A stretch of DNA of 31,757 bases from Desulfobacterales bacterium (GCA_046483495.1 JAWODC010000035.1:1-31757); one strand, 5' to 3'; shown: positions 1 through 9,955, numbered from the stretch's first letter. A program made the numbers and translations. The notes: a model not told the origin generated them from the sequence alone.

Positions 1-1
1 C

Positions 2-257
2 ACGACGGACAAACTTGTCCGAGTCCATCCGTGCCATAACCTCGCCGTCCATCACCGCCACGGGGGCCAGGGCACACGAGCCCAGGCAGTAGACCAGCTC
101 CATCGTCAGTTCCCCATCCTCGGTGGTTTCACCAGGTTCGATGCCGAACGCGTCTCTGACGGCCTTGACCAGGCGAGGCGTGCCCTTGACGTGACACGCC
201 GTCCCGTCGCATAGATAGAGCTCGTGTTCGCCCCGCGGCTCGAGGTAAAACTGGGAG
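2..257 (-). other. C-terminal fragment of a NuoE/HndA/HoxE-like [2Fe-2S] thioredoxin-like subunit, running off the window end and joined out of frame to thiG
   Basis: Manual translation of 256->2: [25 protein letters not shown]...[42 protein letters not shown]. This has the Cx4C...Cx3C signature of the NuoE family. No start codon or N-terminal half is present, and the segment is visibly more GC-rich than its neighbours. Confidence 0.85.
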
Positions 258-849
258 CGCAGGCATGGGATGGCTTGCCGATACCGGCATCCACGATAAC
301 CGGCAGGTCAATCTCATCGATAATCATCTGCAGCATATCCTTGGTTTTTAATCCTTTGTTGGTTCCGATGGGGGCGCCTAAAGGCATAACGGCGCTTGCT
401 CCGGCATCAACAAGCTGACGGGCCACAACCAGATCCGCCTGAATGTACGGCAAGACGATAAAGCCTTCCTTCGCCAGAATTTCGGTGGCCAGAATGGTTT
501 CATGGCCGTCAGGCAGGAGATACACATTGTCCGGAATGGTTTCGATTTTGATCCAGTTGCCGCACCCGGCTGCCTTGGCCAGCCGCGCGATGCGAACGGC
601 CTCGGCCGAGGTTCTGGCTCCCGACGTGTTTGGCAGAAGCTGCATGTGTTCCGGAATATGCTTCATCACATTGTCCGTATCCGTATCGAAATCCACCCGT
701 CTCAGGGCAACGGTAATAATCTGGGCGCCGGAACTTTCGATAATATTTGGAATCAGTGCATCCGATGGATATTTTCCGGTGCCGATGAGCAGCCGGCTGA
801 TAAATGCCTGCCCGCCGATGCTTAGATAGTCTTTGTCTGTAGTGACCAT
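258..849 (-). CDS. thiG: Thiazole synthase ThiG, 3'-truncated at about 258
   Basis: Motifs [35 protein letters not shown] and [11 protein letters not shown]. Homology stops right after SHAC, where EAMEMG-type sequence would be expected. ATG at 849 has a GGAGG RBS that overlaps the end of thiS. Confidence 0.9.
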
Positions 850-850
850 A

Positions 851-1051
851 TTATCCTCCGCCGACAAATCGCAGTATTTCGACGTTATCCGATTCGCCGA
901 GCACGGTTTCGGTATACTTGTCGCGCTCGACGATCTCGAGATTGAGCTCCACCACCACCTTGTCGGGATCGAGCCGCCGTTGAGCCAGCAAATCCCGGAT
1001 GGTGATGCCGTTTTCGATGTGCTCCGGCTTGCCGTTTACAGTTAATTGCAT
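851..1051 (-). CDS. thiS: Sulfur carrier protein ThiS
   Basis: 66 aa, MQLTVNG...[10 protein letters not shown], with the C-terminal Gly-Gly. Lies directly upstream of thiG and downstream of a TPP riboswitch. Confidence 0.95.
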   Translation of the reverse strand: MQLTVNGKPEHIENGITIRDLLAQRRLDPDKVVVELNLEIVERDKYTETVLGESDNVEILRFVGGG

Positions 1052-1112
1052 AAACATTCATTCCTATCGATTAAAGGTGACCAGGGAGAATCGCGGGTCG
1101 GGCGTTGATGAG

Positions 1113-1140
1113 AAAAAAAAGGCTTACCCCAGGGTAAGCC
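1113..1140 (-). terminator. Intrinsic terminator forming the expression platform of the TPP riboswitch
   Basis: Minus strand reads GGCTTACCC-TG-GGGTAAGCC followed by T8, between the aptamer and thiS. Confidence 0.85.
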
Positions 1141-1161
1141 GTATTGTGCAGTTTCCGGATG

Positions 1162-1254
1162 TGTGCTTCCCTACGGCAGTATTATCTGCATCAGGTTCAA
1201 GGGATCGGAGCATGACTCCATCTCAGCCCGGACCAAAGGGCTCTCCCAGCAATT
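1162..1254 (-). ncRNA. TPP (THI-box) riboswitch aptamer
   Basis: Minus strand reads GCTGGGAGAGCCC...GGGCTGAGA...ATCCCTTGAACCTGATGCAGATAATACTGCCGTAGGGAAGC, containing the canonical CTGAGA, GAACCTGAT, TAAT and CGTAGGGAA cores. It sits upstream of thiSG. Confidence 0.95.
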
Positions 1255-1261
1255 CGAATTC

Positions 1262-1290
1262 AGAGTATGCTCTAAAAAGGCCTTTGTCAA
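1262..1290 (-). promoter_or_regulatory. Putative sigma70 promoter for the thi leader
   Basis: TTGACA-17 nt-TACTCT immediately 5' of the riboswitch. Confidence 0.65.
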
Positions 1291-1485
1291 GAAATGTTCT
1301 AAAATAAATGCACATACCGTTCCCAAGGAGATCGGATAACCCACTGGGAGAACGTTCGAAGTTGCATGACACGGCTTGACATCGGCATCTCGTGCGAATA
1401 TTCTTTTGTTTGTTTTCCGGAAAACGAAGAAATGGAGTGGATCGGCGGTTTCTGGAAGGGCACTATTCAGGATTAGGCGGGTCAC

Positions 1486-2295
1486 ATGGACAAACAGCTC
1501 GTGCGGGACTATCGAAACCGGTTTTTTTCATATGTGCGTACATTTACATTCGATGATCCGGTCATCCAGCGCAATATCGACTTGAAGCTGCGGCATACAC
1601 TCCGGGTCTGCAGGGAAGTCGTCGCGATTGGAGCCGAATTGGGACTGAAGGAGAGGGATCTGAGCCTGTCCGAAACAACGGCGCTTTTCCACGATATCGG
1701 CAGGTTCGAACAATACGCCCGGTACAGAACATTTTCGGATTCCCGGTCGGTCAATCATGCCCGACTCGGTGCGGATATCCTTTTAGATCAGGGCATCCTG
1801 GACGGCTTGGAAGAAAAGGACCTCATTCTACGGATCGTATCATGCCATAATTGTGCCGTTCTGCCGTCTCATGAAGACGAAAATTTCCTTTTTTTCTCCA
1901 GGCTCCTGCGGGATGCCGACAAACTGGATATCTGGCGGGTGGTCACCGACTATTATCAGGAGAAGGAAAACGGGGTCCGTAATGGAACGATAGAACTTGA
2001 TCTTCCCGACACACCGGGGATTTCCAAAAAAATTCGCGATCGATTGATCAATGGTGAAACGATTCTGTTTCACAGCATGAAAAACTTGAATGATTTTAAA
2101 CTGCTGCAGGTGGGCTGGGTATACGACGTCAATTTTTCCCCCACCTTTAAACGGATCGAGGAAAGAGGAATTTTGGCTAAACTTCGGCGGTCACTTCCTG
2201 ATTCGGCCGATGTTCGGTTGATTTTCCAGGCCGTTGACACCTGGGTCGAAAATCAACTTCACATGACGCCTGAATCGAACCGCGGAAGGCGATGA
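1486..2295 (+). CDS. HD-domain metal-dependent phosphohydrolase
   Basis: H(TLRV)...LFHDIGRFEQY...NHA...CHN...RDADKLD pattern of metal ligands. Confidence 0.85.
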   Translation: MDKQLVRDYRNRFFSYVRTFTFDDPVIQRNIDLKLRHTLRVCREVVAIGAELGLKERDLSLSETTALFHDIGRFEQYARYRTFSDSRSVNHARLGADILLDQGILDGLEEKDLILRIVSCHNCAVLPSHEDENFLFFSRLLRDADKLDIWRVVTDYYQEKENGVRNGTIELDLPDTPGISKKIRDRLINGETILFHSMKNLNDFKLLQVGWVYDVNFSPTFKRIEERGILAKLRRSLPDSADVRLIFQAVDTWVENQLHMTPESNRGRR

Positions 2296-2336
2296 AATGC
2301 CGGCAAATGAATATCGTAAAACCACGGAGGAAAAAA

Positions 2337-3074
2337 ATGCAAAAATGGATGTGTTTTGTTTTTATCGCTTATTTGGGCCTTTTGCCGCATGCCTATGGCC
2401 AAGCCCCAGCGACCGAATGCAAAACACCTACGCTGAGGGTTCGAGGAAACGCGGAAGTATCGGCGGTTCCGGACAGGGCCGTCGTTCAGTTGGGTGCAGT
2501 TGCGCAAAGCGCAAATGCGGGTGATGCGCAGAAACAGGTCAATCGGATTGTAAGCGATGTTCTCGAAGCGATAAAAGCGATCGGTGACGGCATTGAATCC
2601 ATCACCACTACCGAATTAACGCTGACTCCGGTATACGAAAAAGACGGTAAGCGTCCCCGAATGGAAGATGGACGAATCATCGGCTATCGTGCCGGCAACG
2701 TCGTCCGGGTGGTAATCAAGCATATGAAAGATGTCGGAAGCGTGATCGATGCGGGCATCGGGGCCGGGGCGAACCGGCTTGAAGGGGTTTTCTTCGAGAT
2801 GAAGGATGACAGCGAACTTCGCAAGAGTGCCCTGCAACGTGCGGTTCTAAATGCCAGGGAAAAGGCCCTTGGCATCGCCGAGGCGCTGAGTCTTCGGCTG
2901 GTTCGGATTCAGCATATCGAACAGGAAGATGTTCATATGTTCCGCCCCGGATTTCAGAGCCGTCAAATGGCCGCAACCGCAGCGGAAGGTACGCCGATCG
3001 AGCCCGGCCGGATTCACATCGATGCGTCCGCAGTCATCCAATACCGGATCGAAGAGGCCGAAACGCGTCAATAG
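2337..3074 (+). CDS. SIMPL/DUF541 (YggE/Bp26-like) periplasmic protein
   Basis: Signal-peptide-like N-terminus, then motifs VRGNAEVSAVPDRA, IIGYRAGNVVRV, GANRLEGV, AVLNAREKA and PIEPG. GGAGG RBS precedes ATG 2337. Confidence 0.85.
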   Translation: MQKWMCFVFIAYLGLLPHAYGQAPATECKTPTLRVRGNAEVSAVPDRAVVQLGAVAQSANAGDAQKQVNRIVSDVLEAIKAIGDGIESITTTELTLTPVYEKDGKRPRMEDGRIIGYRAGNVVRVVIKHMKDVGSVIDAGIGAGANRLEGVFFEMKDDSELRKSALQRAVLNAREKALGIAEALSLRLVRIQHIEQEDVHMFRPGFQSRQMAATAAEGTPIEPGRIHIDASAVIQYRIEEAETRQ

Positions 3075-3107
3075 CCGGTAGTTGCATATACCCGGTCCGA
3101 AACCGGT

Positions 3108-3662
3108 TTATTGCCCTGGTGGGGGAAAACCGCAGGCCTTGATGCGATGCCCGATTTCTTCGGCCACATCCACCAGTCGCAAGATCCCCTCCACCTTGCC
3201 GTCCTGGGTAACGATCAGAAAATCGTGTCCCAGAACGACCAGTCGGTGAATGGCCATGTTCAGATTTTCTTCCAAATCGATATAGGCGTTTGCTTCGGGC
3301 GGCTGCATGATATCGTTGACTTTTATGCGGGCCGCTTTGCCGCATATATCGTCCAGCGGCTTTTGAAGGATGGAGACGTCCTTGGTGATGTATTCATAAA
3401 ACTTCTGCGAAAGGCCGAACCGGGAAAGCAGTTGAAAGTCGCCGTAATCCTTGTATTTTGAATCCAGTCCCTTGAGGATGTCCATAAGACACACGGTCCC
3501 GATGACGTGGTTTTTGTCGTCGCATACGAGCAGCGCCCGGTAATTGTGCGTCCTGTTTGCTTCGCGCGTTTTCTCCAATACCATTTGCGCATCTGCCAGG
3601 GTGTCTTCCGCGGAGAGGACGGCAAAATCGGATAAGGGTATCATCACATCTTTTATTTTCAT
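3108..3662 (-). CDS. CBS-domain pair protein
   Basis: MKIKDVMIPL...LLVCDDKNHVIGTVCLMDIL and KVNDIM...LIVTQDGKVEGILRLVDV form two CBS repeats. Confidence 0.8.
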   Translation of the reverse strand: MKIKDVMIPLSDFAVLSAEDTLADAQMVLEKTREANRTHNYRALLVCDDKNHVIGTVCLMDILKGLDSKYKDYGDFQLLSRFGLSQKFYEYITKDVSILQKPLDDICGKAARIKVNDIMQPPEANAYIDLEENLNMAIHRLVVLGHDFLIVTQDGKVEGILRLVDVAEEIGHRIKACGFPPPGQ

Positions 3663-3724
3663 TACTGAGCTCCAGTAAAAATATTGTTTTTACAGAAAAA
3701 AATTACCAGAACCACTCATGCATG

Positions 3725-5611
3725 TCAATGTAAAACGATCCTTGCGTCCGCAGGAATTGCGCTGATATCGGTGTGCTGAAGATCCCAATTCATGTCGATT
3801 CCGAGAACCGCCCATCTGCCCGGGGCATGCGCAAACCCCGCGTCCACATATGTTGCGTCGAACATGTTGGCGATATCCAGAAATATATTCCAGCGGCGGG
3901 TCGAAAACGTCACACGGGTATCGGCCACGACGTGTGTGTCGCCGTTCATCCGTTTTCCGTATCGTCCCGCAATGCTCTGGGAAAGGCGATTCGACCAGTG
4001 GACAAAGAGTGAGCCCTTTACCTGGTGCCGCAAGTGATCCAATGCGTATTTGGATTCGTATGGGCCCGTTTCGCGGGTGGTGTCCAGGAACGTATAGTTC
4101 AGGTTGAAGTTGATAGGATGAAATCGATTAAACAATATTCCGGGATAAAGATCGATGCCCAGCTCGAATCCGCGGGTATTCAGGCCCGCGATATTCATCA
4201 CCCGCCAGGTTGTGTCCTCCGGCGCCCGGACCCAGTCGATGATATTTTCCCCCTCCCGGTAAAAAACACCGGCATTCATGCCGAACCCGTCTGCCATGCG
4301 GCGAAAGCCGATTTCGTACGTCCAGGCCCTTTCCGGTTCAAGATCGGGATTTCCCACGTTGGCCGGCGTCGAGTAGTACAACTCCGTAAATGTCGGAACC
4401 CGTAATGATTCGGCGGCGGATGCAAAAAGCGTAAACCCTTCGCCCCATTCGACGGTGACGTCGGCACCAGTCCGGTCTTCCCAACCCCGGTTCGAGTATT
4501 TCACGGCGGAAGCGCCGGCCCCCAAGGACATACACCGAACAGGGGAAAAGCGATGCTCCAGGAAAAAGCCGAACCGGTTCCGGTCATGATCACCAAGGCT
4601 GGAGCTGTTCAGCCCCTCGGCTGCTGCTTCACCGCCGAAAACCGTCGTGCCCAGGATCGAGTCGAACCGGGAGTCCACAACAACGCCGTAGGTGTTCGTT
4701 CGGTGTTCATTCCGAAACAGGTTGCCGTCGATGGCAAGATCGAATGTGTCTTTGTTTCGCCGCCAGAAAAGATCGGGAGACAGGGTGATGTTTCGAAGCG
4801 GAATGTCCGCGTTTAAATAAGTAAAAAACGTCTCTGTATTTTCCCGCTGATCAGGATAAACATCGCTGTAGAATTTGTAGGCGCCAAAATCGTTTTTCGT
4901 GTATCCCATACCGACGGTGATCTCTTGATCGTCTCGTCTGACCATCCCCTTGTAAAACAATGTTTGTGATTCAAAATCCGTTGCTTCATTTTCGATGTGG
5001 CCCGACGAGGACCGTTTTGACAGGCTGATCCGGTTTGACACGGGCCCGATATTTCCCTGAAGGCCGCCGGCCGCGCGGTAATAATCATTTTGGCCGGCGT
5101 GAATCGCACCACTGACCCGGGGTCGAGCCGGATCTTTCGTAATGATATTGATCACACCGCCCATGGCATGATGGCCGTAAATTCCGGACCCGGGCCCCTT
5201 TATGATTTCGATGCGTTCGATATCCGATATGTTCACGGGCAAATTCATGTTGTGATGACCGGTCTGGGCGTCGCTTGCATTTATGCCGTCGACAAGTATC
5301 AGGGTCTGCTCGAACGAGCTGCCGCGAATGGCAACGTCGGCCTGCATTCCAAATCCGCCCCGTTGCCGGACATCCACTCCGCCGACCGTCTCCAGCAGAT
5401 CCGGAATGGCGGCGGCGGGCAGCTTTTCGATTTCCTCGCGACCGATCACCGTGACTGAGCGGGCCGTCGGTAGAAAAGGGTCGGGCATTCGGCTGCCTGA
5501 CACCATCACATCGTCGACTTCAACCAAAGGGGTGTTTTCATTGTCGGCCGATAAGGCGCAGGGGAGAAAAGAAGTGATGATAATTATGATTACTAAAATC
5601 GGCAGCTTCAT
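3725..5611 (-). CDS. TonB-dependent outer-membrane receptor (BtuB/CirA-like)
   Basis: Signal peptide MKLPILVIIII..., plug motifs IRGSSFEQTLILVDG and IERIEIIKGPGSGIYG...GGVINIITK, barrel motif GNPDLEPERAWTYEIG. Start placed at ATG 5611 rather than the ORF-track start. Confidence 0.88.
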   Translation of the reverse strand: MKLPILVIIIIITSFLPCALSADNENTPLVEVDDVMVSGSRMPDPFLPTARSVTVIGREEIEKLPAAAIPDLLETVGGVDVRQRGGFGMQADVAIRGSSFEQTLILVDGINASDAQTGHHNMNLPVNISDIERIEIIKGPGSGIYGHHAMGGVINIITKDPARPRVSGAIHAGQNDYYRAAGGLQGNIGPVSNRISLSKRSSSGHIENEATDFESQTLFYKGMVRRDDQEITVGMGYTKNDFGAYKFYSDVYPDQRENTETFFTYLNADIPLRNITLSPDLFWRRNKDTFDLAIDGNLFRNEHRTNTYGVVVDSRFDSILGTTVFGGEAAAEGLNSSSLGDHDRNRFGFFLEHRFSPVRCMSLGAGASAVKYSNRGWEDRTGADVTVEWGEGFTLFASAAESLRVPTFTELYYSTPANVGNPDLEPERAWTYEIGFRRMADGFGMNAGVFYREGENIIDWVRAPEDTTWRVMNIAGLNTRGFELGIDLYPGILFNRFHPINFNLNYTFLDTTRETGPYESKYALDHLRHQVKGSLFVHWSNRLSQSIAGRYGKRMNGDTHVVADTRVTFSTRRWNIFLDIANMFDATYVDAGFAHAPGRWAVLGIDMNWDLQHTDISAIPADARIVLH

Positions 5612-6071
5612 TCGGCATCCCGCATGTTTCGAAATTGTCGTTTGCAGCATCGTATATCCATTTTTCGCTGCTTCCTCTGAAACCTTCGGCGAAAATGCTC
5701 CACCAGAATGGTAAACCAGACCCATATAGTAGGTTAACGAATCTTTGTAAAGACTTTTTACACGGGCAACGCCTTGGGGCCAAAATGCTGGCGACGGGTG
5801 GCAGGAAGCCGGGGGCAACCGGTTTTTTTATCGGCTTTGTATATGCAAATACCCATCATACCCCATGCGCATTTGGTTGAAATCCGATATAATGAATTAT
5901 GAGGTTTACATGAAAAAGCTGGACGAATAGTTGAATTCATTTCATTACACCCGCGAAGAAATGGATGAATCAGCCATTTCTTGATGGGTACTATTTTACA
6001 TCGCCATGGCGAAAATTCAGGTACGGGAAAACCCGGCACCACTGTAATCCAATAAACGTGGAGGTCTGCTT

Positions 6072-7106
6072 ATGAACAGCTCTGACACTAAAGCCGCTTC
6101 AATCAAATCAGCGGCTGCGGCAACCGGCGGTCCGCCCGGCGGCAACGTTTTATACGAAGGGGTTTTCTTTTCCAATCCCCCGCCTACAACCCGCAAAGGT
6201 GATATGCTGTTTCGCACACTCGGGAGGACGGGTGAAACCGTATCCCTTATCGGCCTGGGCGGTCATCATATCGGAATACCGGAACAGGAATCGGAAAGCA
6301 TTAACATTATTCGCACAGCCATAGACAACGGCATTACCTTTATGGACAATTCGTGGGATTATCATGAAGGCCGGAGTGAAATGCTCATGGGTAAAGCGCT
6401 AAGGGACGGTTACAGGGAAAAGGTCTTCCTGATGACCAAAATAGACGGCCGGGACGAAAAAACCGCCGGCAAACAGATTGATGAATCGCTTCGACGCCTC
6501 CAAACAGATCGTATCGACCTGATGCAGTTCCACGAAATCATACGATTGGAAGGGCCGGATCTCGTTTTTGCCGAAGAAGGGGCATTAAAGGCAGCGCTCA
6601 AAGCCAAATCCGACGGGAAGATCCGCTATATCGGGTTTACGGGGCACAAGGACCCGCTGGTCCACCTGCGCATGCTCGAAATCGCCGCGGCAAACGGATT
6701 CCGCTTCGATACGGTTCAACTTCCCTTAAATGTGATGGATGCACACTTCAGGAGTTTTCAAAATAATGTCCTTCCCATCCTGGTGCGGGAGGAAATCGGT
6801 GTGCTCGGCATGAAGCCCATGGGTGGGGGCGTGATTTTAAACAGCAAAGTGGTCGAGCCGATCGAATGTCTTCATTATGCTATGAGTCTACCTGCATCGG
6901 TGGTAATTACGGGCATCGAAAATATGGCAATCCTGGAACAGGCTTTGAAGGCGGCACGGACGTTCTCCCCGCTGACCGCTTCTCAAGTGACGAACCTATT
7001 GGACCGCACCAAAGAAGCCGCTGAAAAAGGAGACCTGGAGCTTTTCAAAACTGCGACGATATTCGATGCCACTGCCCGTAACCCGCACTGGCTGGGCATG
7101 GCTTAA
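6072..7106 (+). CDS. Aldo/keto reductase family oxidoreductase
   Basis: RTLGRTGETVSLIGLGG, DNSWDY, TKID, SLRRLQTDRIDLMQFH and GKIRYIGFTGH. GGAGG lies upstream of ATG 6072. Confidence 0.9.
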   Translation: MNSSDTKAASIKSAAAATGGPPGGNVLYEGVFFSNPPPTTRKGDMLFRTLGRTGETVSLIGLGGHHIGIPEQESESINIIRTAIDNGITFMDNSWDYHEGRSEMLMGKALRDGYREKVFLMTKIDGRDEKTAGKQIDESLRRLQTDRIDLMQFHEIIRLEGPDLVFAEEGALKAALKAKSDGKIRYIGFTGHKDPLVHLRMLEIAAANGFRFDTVQLPLNVMDAHFRSFQNNVLPILVREEIGVLGMKPMGGGVILNSKVVEPIECLHYAMSLPASVVITGIENMAILEQALKAARTFSPLTASQVTNLLDRTKEAAEKGDLELFKTATIFDATARNPHWLGMA

Positions 7107-7122
7107 CCGATCGGCGCGATTG

Positions 7123-7144
7123 AATCCCGCTTTTCGCGGGTTTT
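7123..7144 (+). terminator. Probable intrinsic terminator after the AKR gene
   Basis: CCCGC-TTTTC-GCGGG followed by TTTT, within a larger ATCGGCG...CGCCGAT inverted repeat. Confidence 0.5.
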
Positions 7145-7273
7145 ATGAAATCGCCGATAGCTGCGCCGAATCCGTCGAAACGATTATGGAAGGAGAGACC
7201 AAAAGCCCCATTTCCGAAGAAGCCGGGTCTCTCCTTTCATGGTGAAAAGAAGTTCAAGGGTTCCGATCATGCT

Positions 7274-8482
7274 TTACGCATTGTACTTGCCGATAATAGC
7301 AACGGCTGCGACATTTCTGAAGGGTGCGCCCCCCAGGTTATGGGTCAGACCGAATTTGGGATTATCCAGCTGTCTTTCTCCTGCACGTCCATGAAGCTGG
7401 AGGTACATTTCATAGAGCATGCGCAGCCCGGAAGCGCCGATGGGATGACCGAAGCATTTCAATCCGCCGTCCACCTGGCAGGGCACACCACCGCCGTCAA
7501 GATCGAAAAATCCATCCAGCACGTCTTTTACCGCTTCGCCTCTTTTGGAGATCATCAGGTCTTCCATGGTAACCAGCTCTGTGATGGAAAAGCAGTCATG
7601 AACTTCCATCATGCTGATCTCCTCCCGCGGGTTGGTAATGCCGGCCTCTTCGTAAGCATTTTTGGCCGCCGTTTCCGTGGTTACGAAATGCTCTCCCTCC
7701 CATTCATTGAATTCCGACTCATACCCGTTTGAAACCGCGAGCTGAAGGGCTTTGACCGAAATCAGATCGGTTTTTCCCATCTTCTTGGCGATTTCAGGCG
7801 TGGTGACAATAGCGCAGGCCGCACCATCGGACACCCCGCAACAGTCGAACAGGCCCAGAGGGTCGGCGATGATCGGCGCCGCCATGATCTGCTCCATGGA
7901 AACGGCTTTTCGCAAATGGGCCTTGGGGTTTTTTGCCCCGTTTTGGTGACTTTTCCATGACACGTGGGCAATGGCCTCTTTGAGCAGATCCCGGGAGATG
8001 TTATACTTCGCTCGATAGGCGCTGGCCAGCTGGGCGAAGTTGCCCGGCGCCGTGCCGTTGGGTGCTGTCATATCATTTAAAGTGATATTTCCTGCCGGTG
8101 CCGGCAGTCCGCCATATCCCACATCCTTTAGTTTCTCGACGCCTAAAGCCAGGCAGATATCATAAGCTCCTGAAGCGACGGCATAAGTGGCCCCCCTGAA
8201 CGCTTCAGTGCCGCTGGCGCACATATTTTCGTTTCGGGTAACGGGAATATTCGGCAAACGGAGGGTCATATTCAACGGCAAAGCGCTCGTGCCCACGCCG
8301 AACTGCGGTGTGTTCGTACCCAGCCAGGCGGCCTGGATTTCATTCTTGTCAATACCGGCGTCTGCGAGGCACTCCATAAACGCTTCGACCATCAGATCTT
8401 CCCCGTTGCTGTCCCAGCGCTCGCCGAATTTTGAGCACCCCATGCCCAATATAGCCACTTTGTCTCTGATTCCTGTAGCCAT
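7274..8482 (-). CDS. Thiolase / acetyl-CoA acyltransferase (SCP2/archaeal, PhlC/BbsB-like subfamily)
   Basis: Nucleophile motif ENMCASG, plus DCCGVSDGA, EVHDCFS, GHPIGASG and HNLGG. Confidence 0.9.
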   Translation of the reverse strand: MATGIRDKVAILGMGCSKFGERWDSNGEDLMVEAFMECLADAGIDKNEIQAAWLGTNTPQFGVGTSALPLNMTLRLPNIPVTRNENMCASGTEAFRGATYAVASGAYDICLALGVEKLKDVGYGGLPAPAGNITLNDMTAPNGTAPGNFAQLASAYRAKYNISRDLLKEAIAHVSWKSHQNGAKNPKAHLRKAVSMEQIMAAPIIADPLGLFDCCGVSDGAACAIVTTPEIAKKMGKTDLISVKALQLAVSNGYESEFNEWEGEHFVTTETAAKNAYEEAGITNPREEISMMEVHDCFSITELVTMEDLMISKRGEAVKDVLDGFFDLDGGGVPCQVDGGLKCFGHPIGASGLRMLYEMYLQLHGRAGERQLDNPKFGLTHNLGGAPFRNVAAVAIIGKYNA

Positions 8483-8494
8483 TTATTTCTCCTT

Positions 8495-9955
8495 TTATTT
8501 TAATGTAGTGTTATCGATCGTTGCCTTCCAATAGTATCCGGTAAACCCGCGCTTGTCATCGTGATACTTTTTCCGAAAGGTCATCTTCATCTTTACTCCC
8601 ACTTCCACGTTGTCCTGCGAACAGTCGGTGAAATCAGTGAGTATGCGGCCCCCGCCTTCGAATTGTATCATACCGTAAATCACGGGCGGATCAAGAGATG
8701 CCGCCAGGTTGTCCGCGGTAAACGTGAGGACTCTCGCCGGCTTGTCCGCGAACTCGTATTCTTCGAGCGAGTCCACAGCCCCGCATTCCGGGTTGACGCA
8801 GATCCGCTTCGGCGGTATCTGGGGTGTGCCGCACGCCGTGCACTTGCCCCCCACAAAGCCGAGGATAAATTTGCGGTTTCGGTAGAGCGATGAAAGTCCG
8901 GTTCGCGTATCGACATCGCCCCGAGCGCCCAGATCGGTTTCGATAAGGCCGTTGTATTGAAGCCATTTTGTGTACATTTCAACGGGTTGCCGGTTTTCCA
9001 GACACCCGGAAATTCCCATGCGCGCCGGCAGGTTTGTGATATGGTCGGTGACACGGAACATCAGGGCGCCGGCTCCCTGCCCCAGTCCGGCAACCAGCAA
9101 AATGTCTCCGGGTTTGGCCGTTTCAAGCTCTTTGGCCAGCATGACCAGGGGATGAGCGGAACCGCACTCGCCCACATTCGCCTGAAGTGTATCGCTCAAC
9201 TGTTCCGGACCGGCGCCAACGGCGGAAGCGATTTTTGCCTGGAATCGACCGAAAATGCAGGGAAAAATTAATTTGGTGACATTTTCGATCGAGACGCCCG
9301 TTTTGTCGAGGACGCCCCGGAACACGTCGGGGTAGATTTTGGAAAAACCCTCGTCCCTGATCCAGCGCTGCTCCCAACTGTAATCGAATTTCGCATCGGA
9401 GCCGCGGTAATGATCCACAAAGTCGACGGAGACGGCATAACCGCCGAGGTACTCGGCAATGACATTCTCATTTCCAACGACCACCGATCCGGCTCCGTCT
9501 CCAAACAGCATTTCGTTGTTGGATGCCGCCTTGGTACGTCTTTTATCGGATGCGGCAACAAGAATCGTCTGTTTGTCCCCTCCCTTAACCGCTTCCAAGG
9601 CTGTCATTAATGCAACAGGTCCGACCTTGAGGGATGATGCAAAATCCGCCGTCAGAATACCATCGGGGAGGTTCAACGCGGCCTTGAGTACACCGGCGTT
9701 ATCCCGGTCGGCGAAGGGCAGCGTGGTCGACGCCAGGTAAACGGCGTCCAGTTTGGACTTGTCCATCCCCACGAGCGCATCCCGGCTCGCGGCAACCGCC
9801 ATGGTGAGGCTGTCTTCATCCCAGTTGGCCATGGAACGTTCGCCTTTTGCAGCACCGGCAAGGCCGGGTGAAAACCAGCTCATGTTCTTGGCGATAGCGG
9901 CCCGGCTGAGCCTTTTCTGGGGGATGTAACCACCATAAGAAACGATACCAACCAT
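8495..9955 (-). CDS. HMG-CoA synthase/KAS III-like domain fused to a DUF35 (Zn-ribbon + OB-fold) domain
   Basis: N-terminal GIVSYGGYIP...ANWDEDSLTMAVAA...GDGAG. C-terminal GKCTACG...KRICVNPEC Zn ribbon followed by an OB fold ending MTFRK...YYWKA. Confidence 0.85.
   Translation of the reverse strand: MVGIVSYGGYIPQKRLSRAAIAKNMSWFSPGLAGAAKGERSMANWDEDSLTMAVAASRDALVGMDKSKLDAVYLASTTLPFADRDNAGVLKAALNLPDGILTADFASSLKVGPVALMTALEAVKGGDKQTILVAASDKRRTKAASNNEMLFGDGAGSVVVGNENVIAEYLGGYAVSVDFVDHYRGSDAKFDYSWEQRWIRDEGFSKIYPDVFRGVLDKTGVSIENVTKLIFPCIFGRFQAKIASAVGAGPEQLSDTLQANVGECGSAHPLVMLAKELETAKPGDILLVAGLGQGAGALMFRVTDHITNLPARMGISGCLENRQPVEMYTKWLQYNGLIETDLGARGDVDTRTGLSSLYRNRKFILGFVGGKCTACGTPQIPPKRICVNPECGAVDSLEEYEFADKPARVLTFTADNLAASLDPPVIYGMIQFEGGGRILTDFTDCSQDNVEVGVKMKMTFRKKYHDDKRGFTGYYWKATIDNTTLK

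Noticed and set aside
106..257. ORF-track C-terminal extension of ThiG (APSFTSS...PPRMGN) as a novel ThiG variant
   Set aside because: It is out-of-frame read-through into the NuoE-like fragment.
5612..6071. Possible cobalamin riboswitch for the BtuB-like receptor (GGGAA...CCACTGTAA near 6025-6047)
   Set aside because: The fragments are on the wrong strand for the receptor and lack the GGTG..AATCC and AGCC.GAAGACCTG cores. The hairpins near 5809-5829 and 5956-5982 match no RNA family I recognise.
7190..7237. 11-bp inverted repeat AAGGAGAGACC...GGTCTCTCCTT between the convergent AKR and thiolase genes
   Set aside because: Single copy with a long loop, most simply a 3'-end stability or termination structure. 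No evidence for a repeat family.
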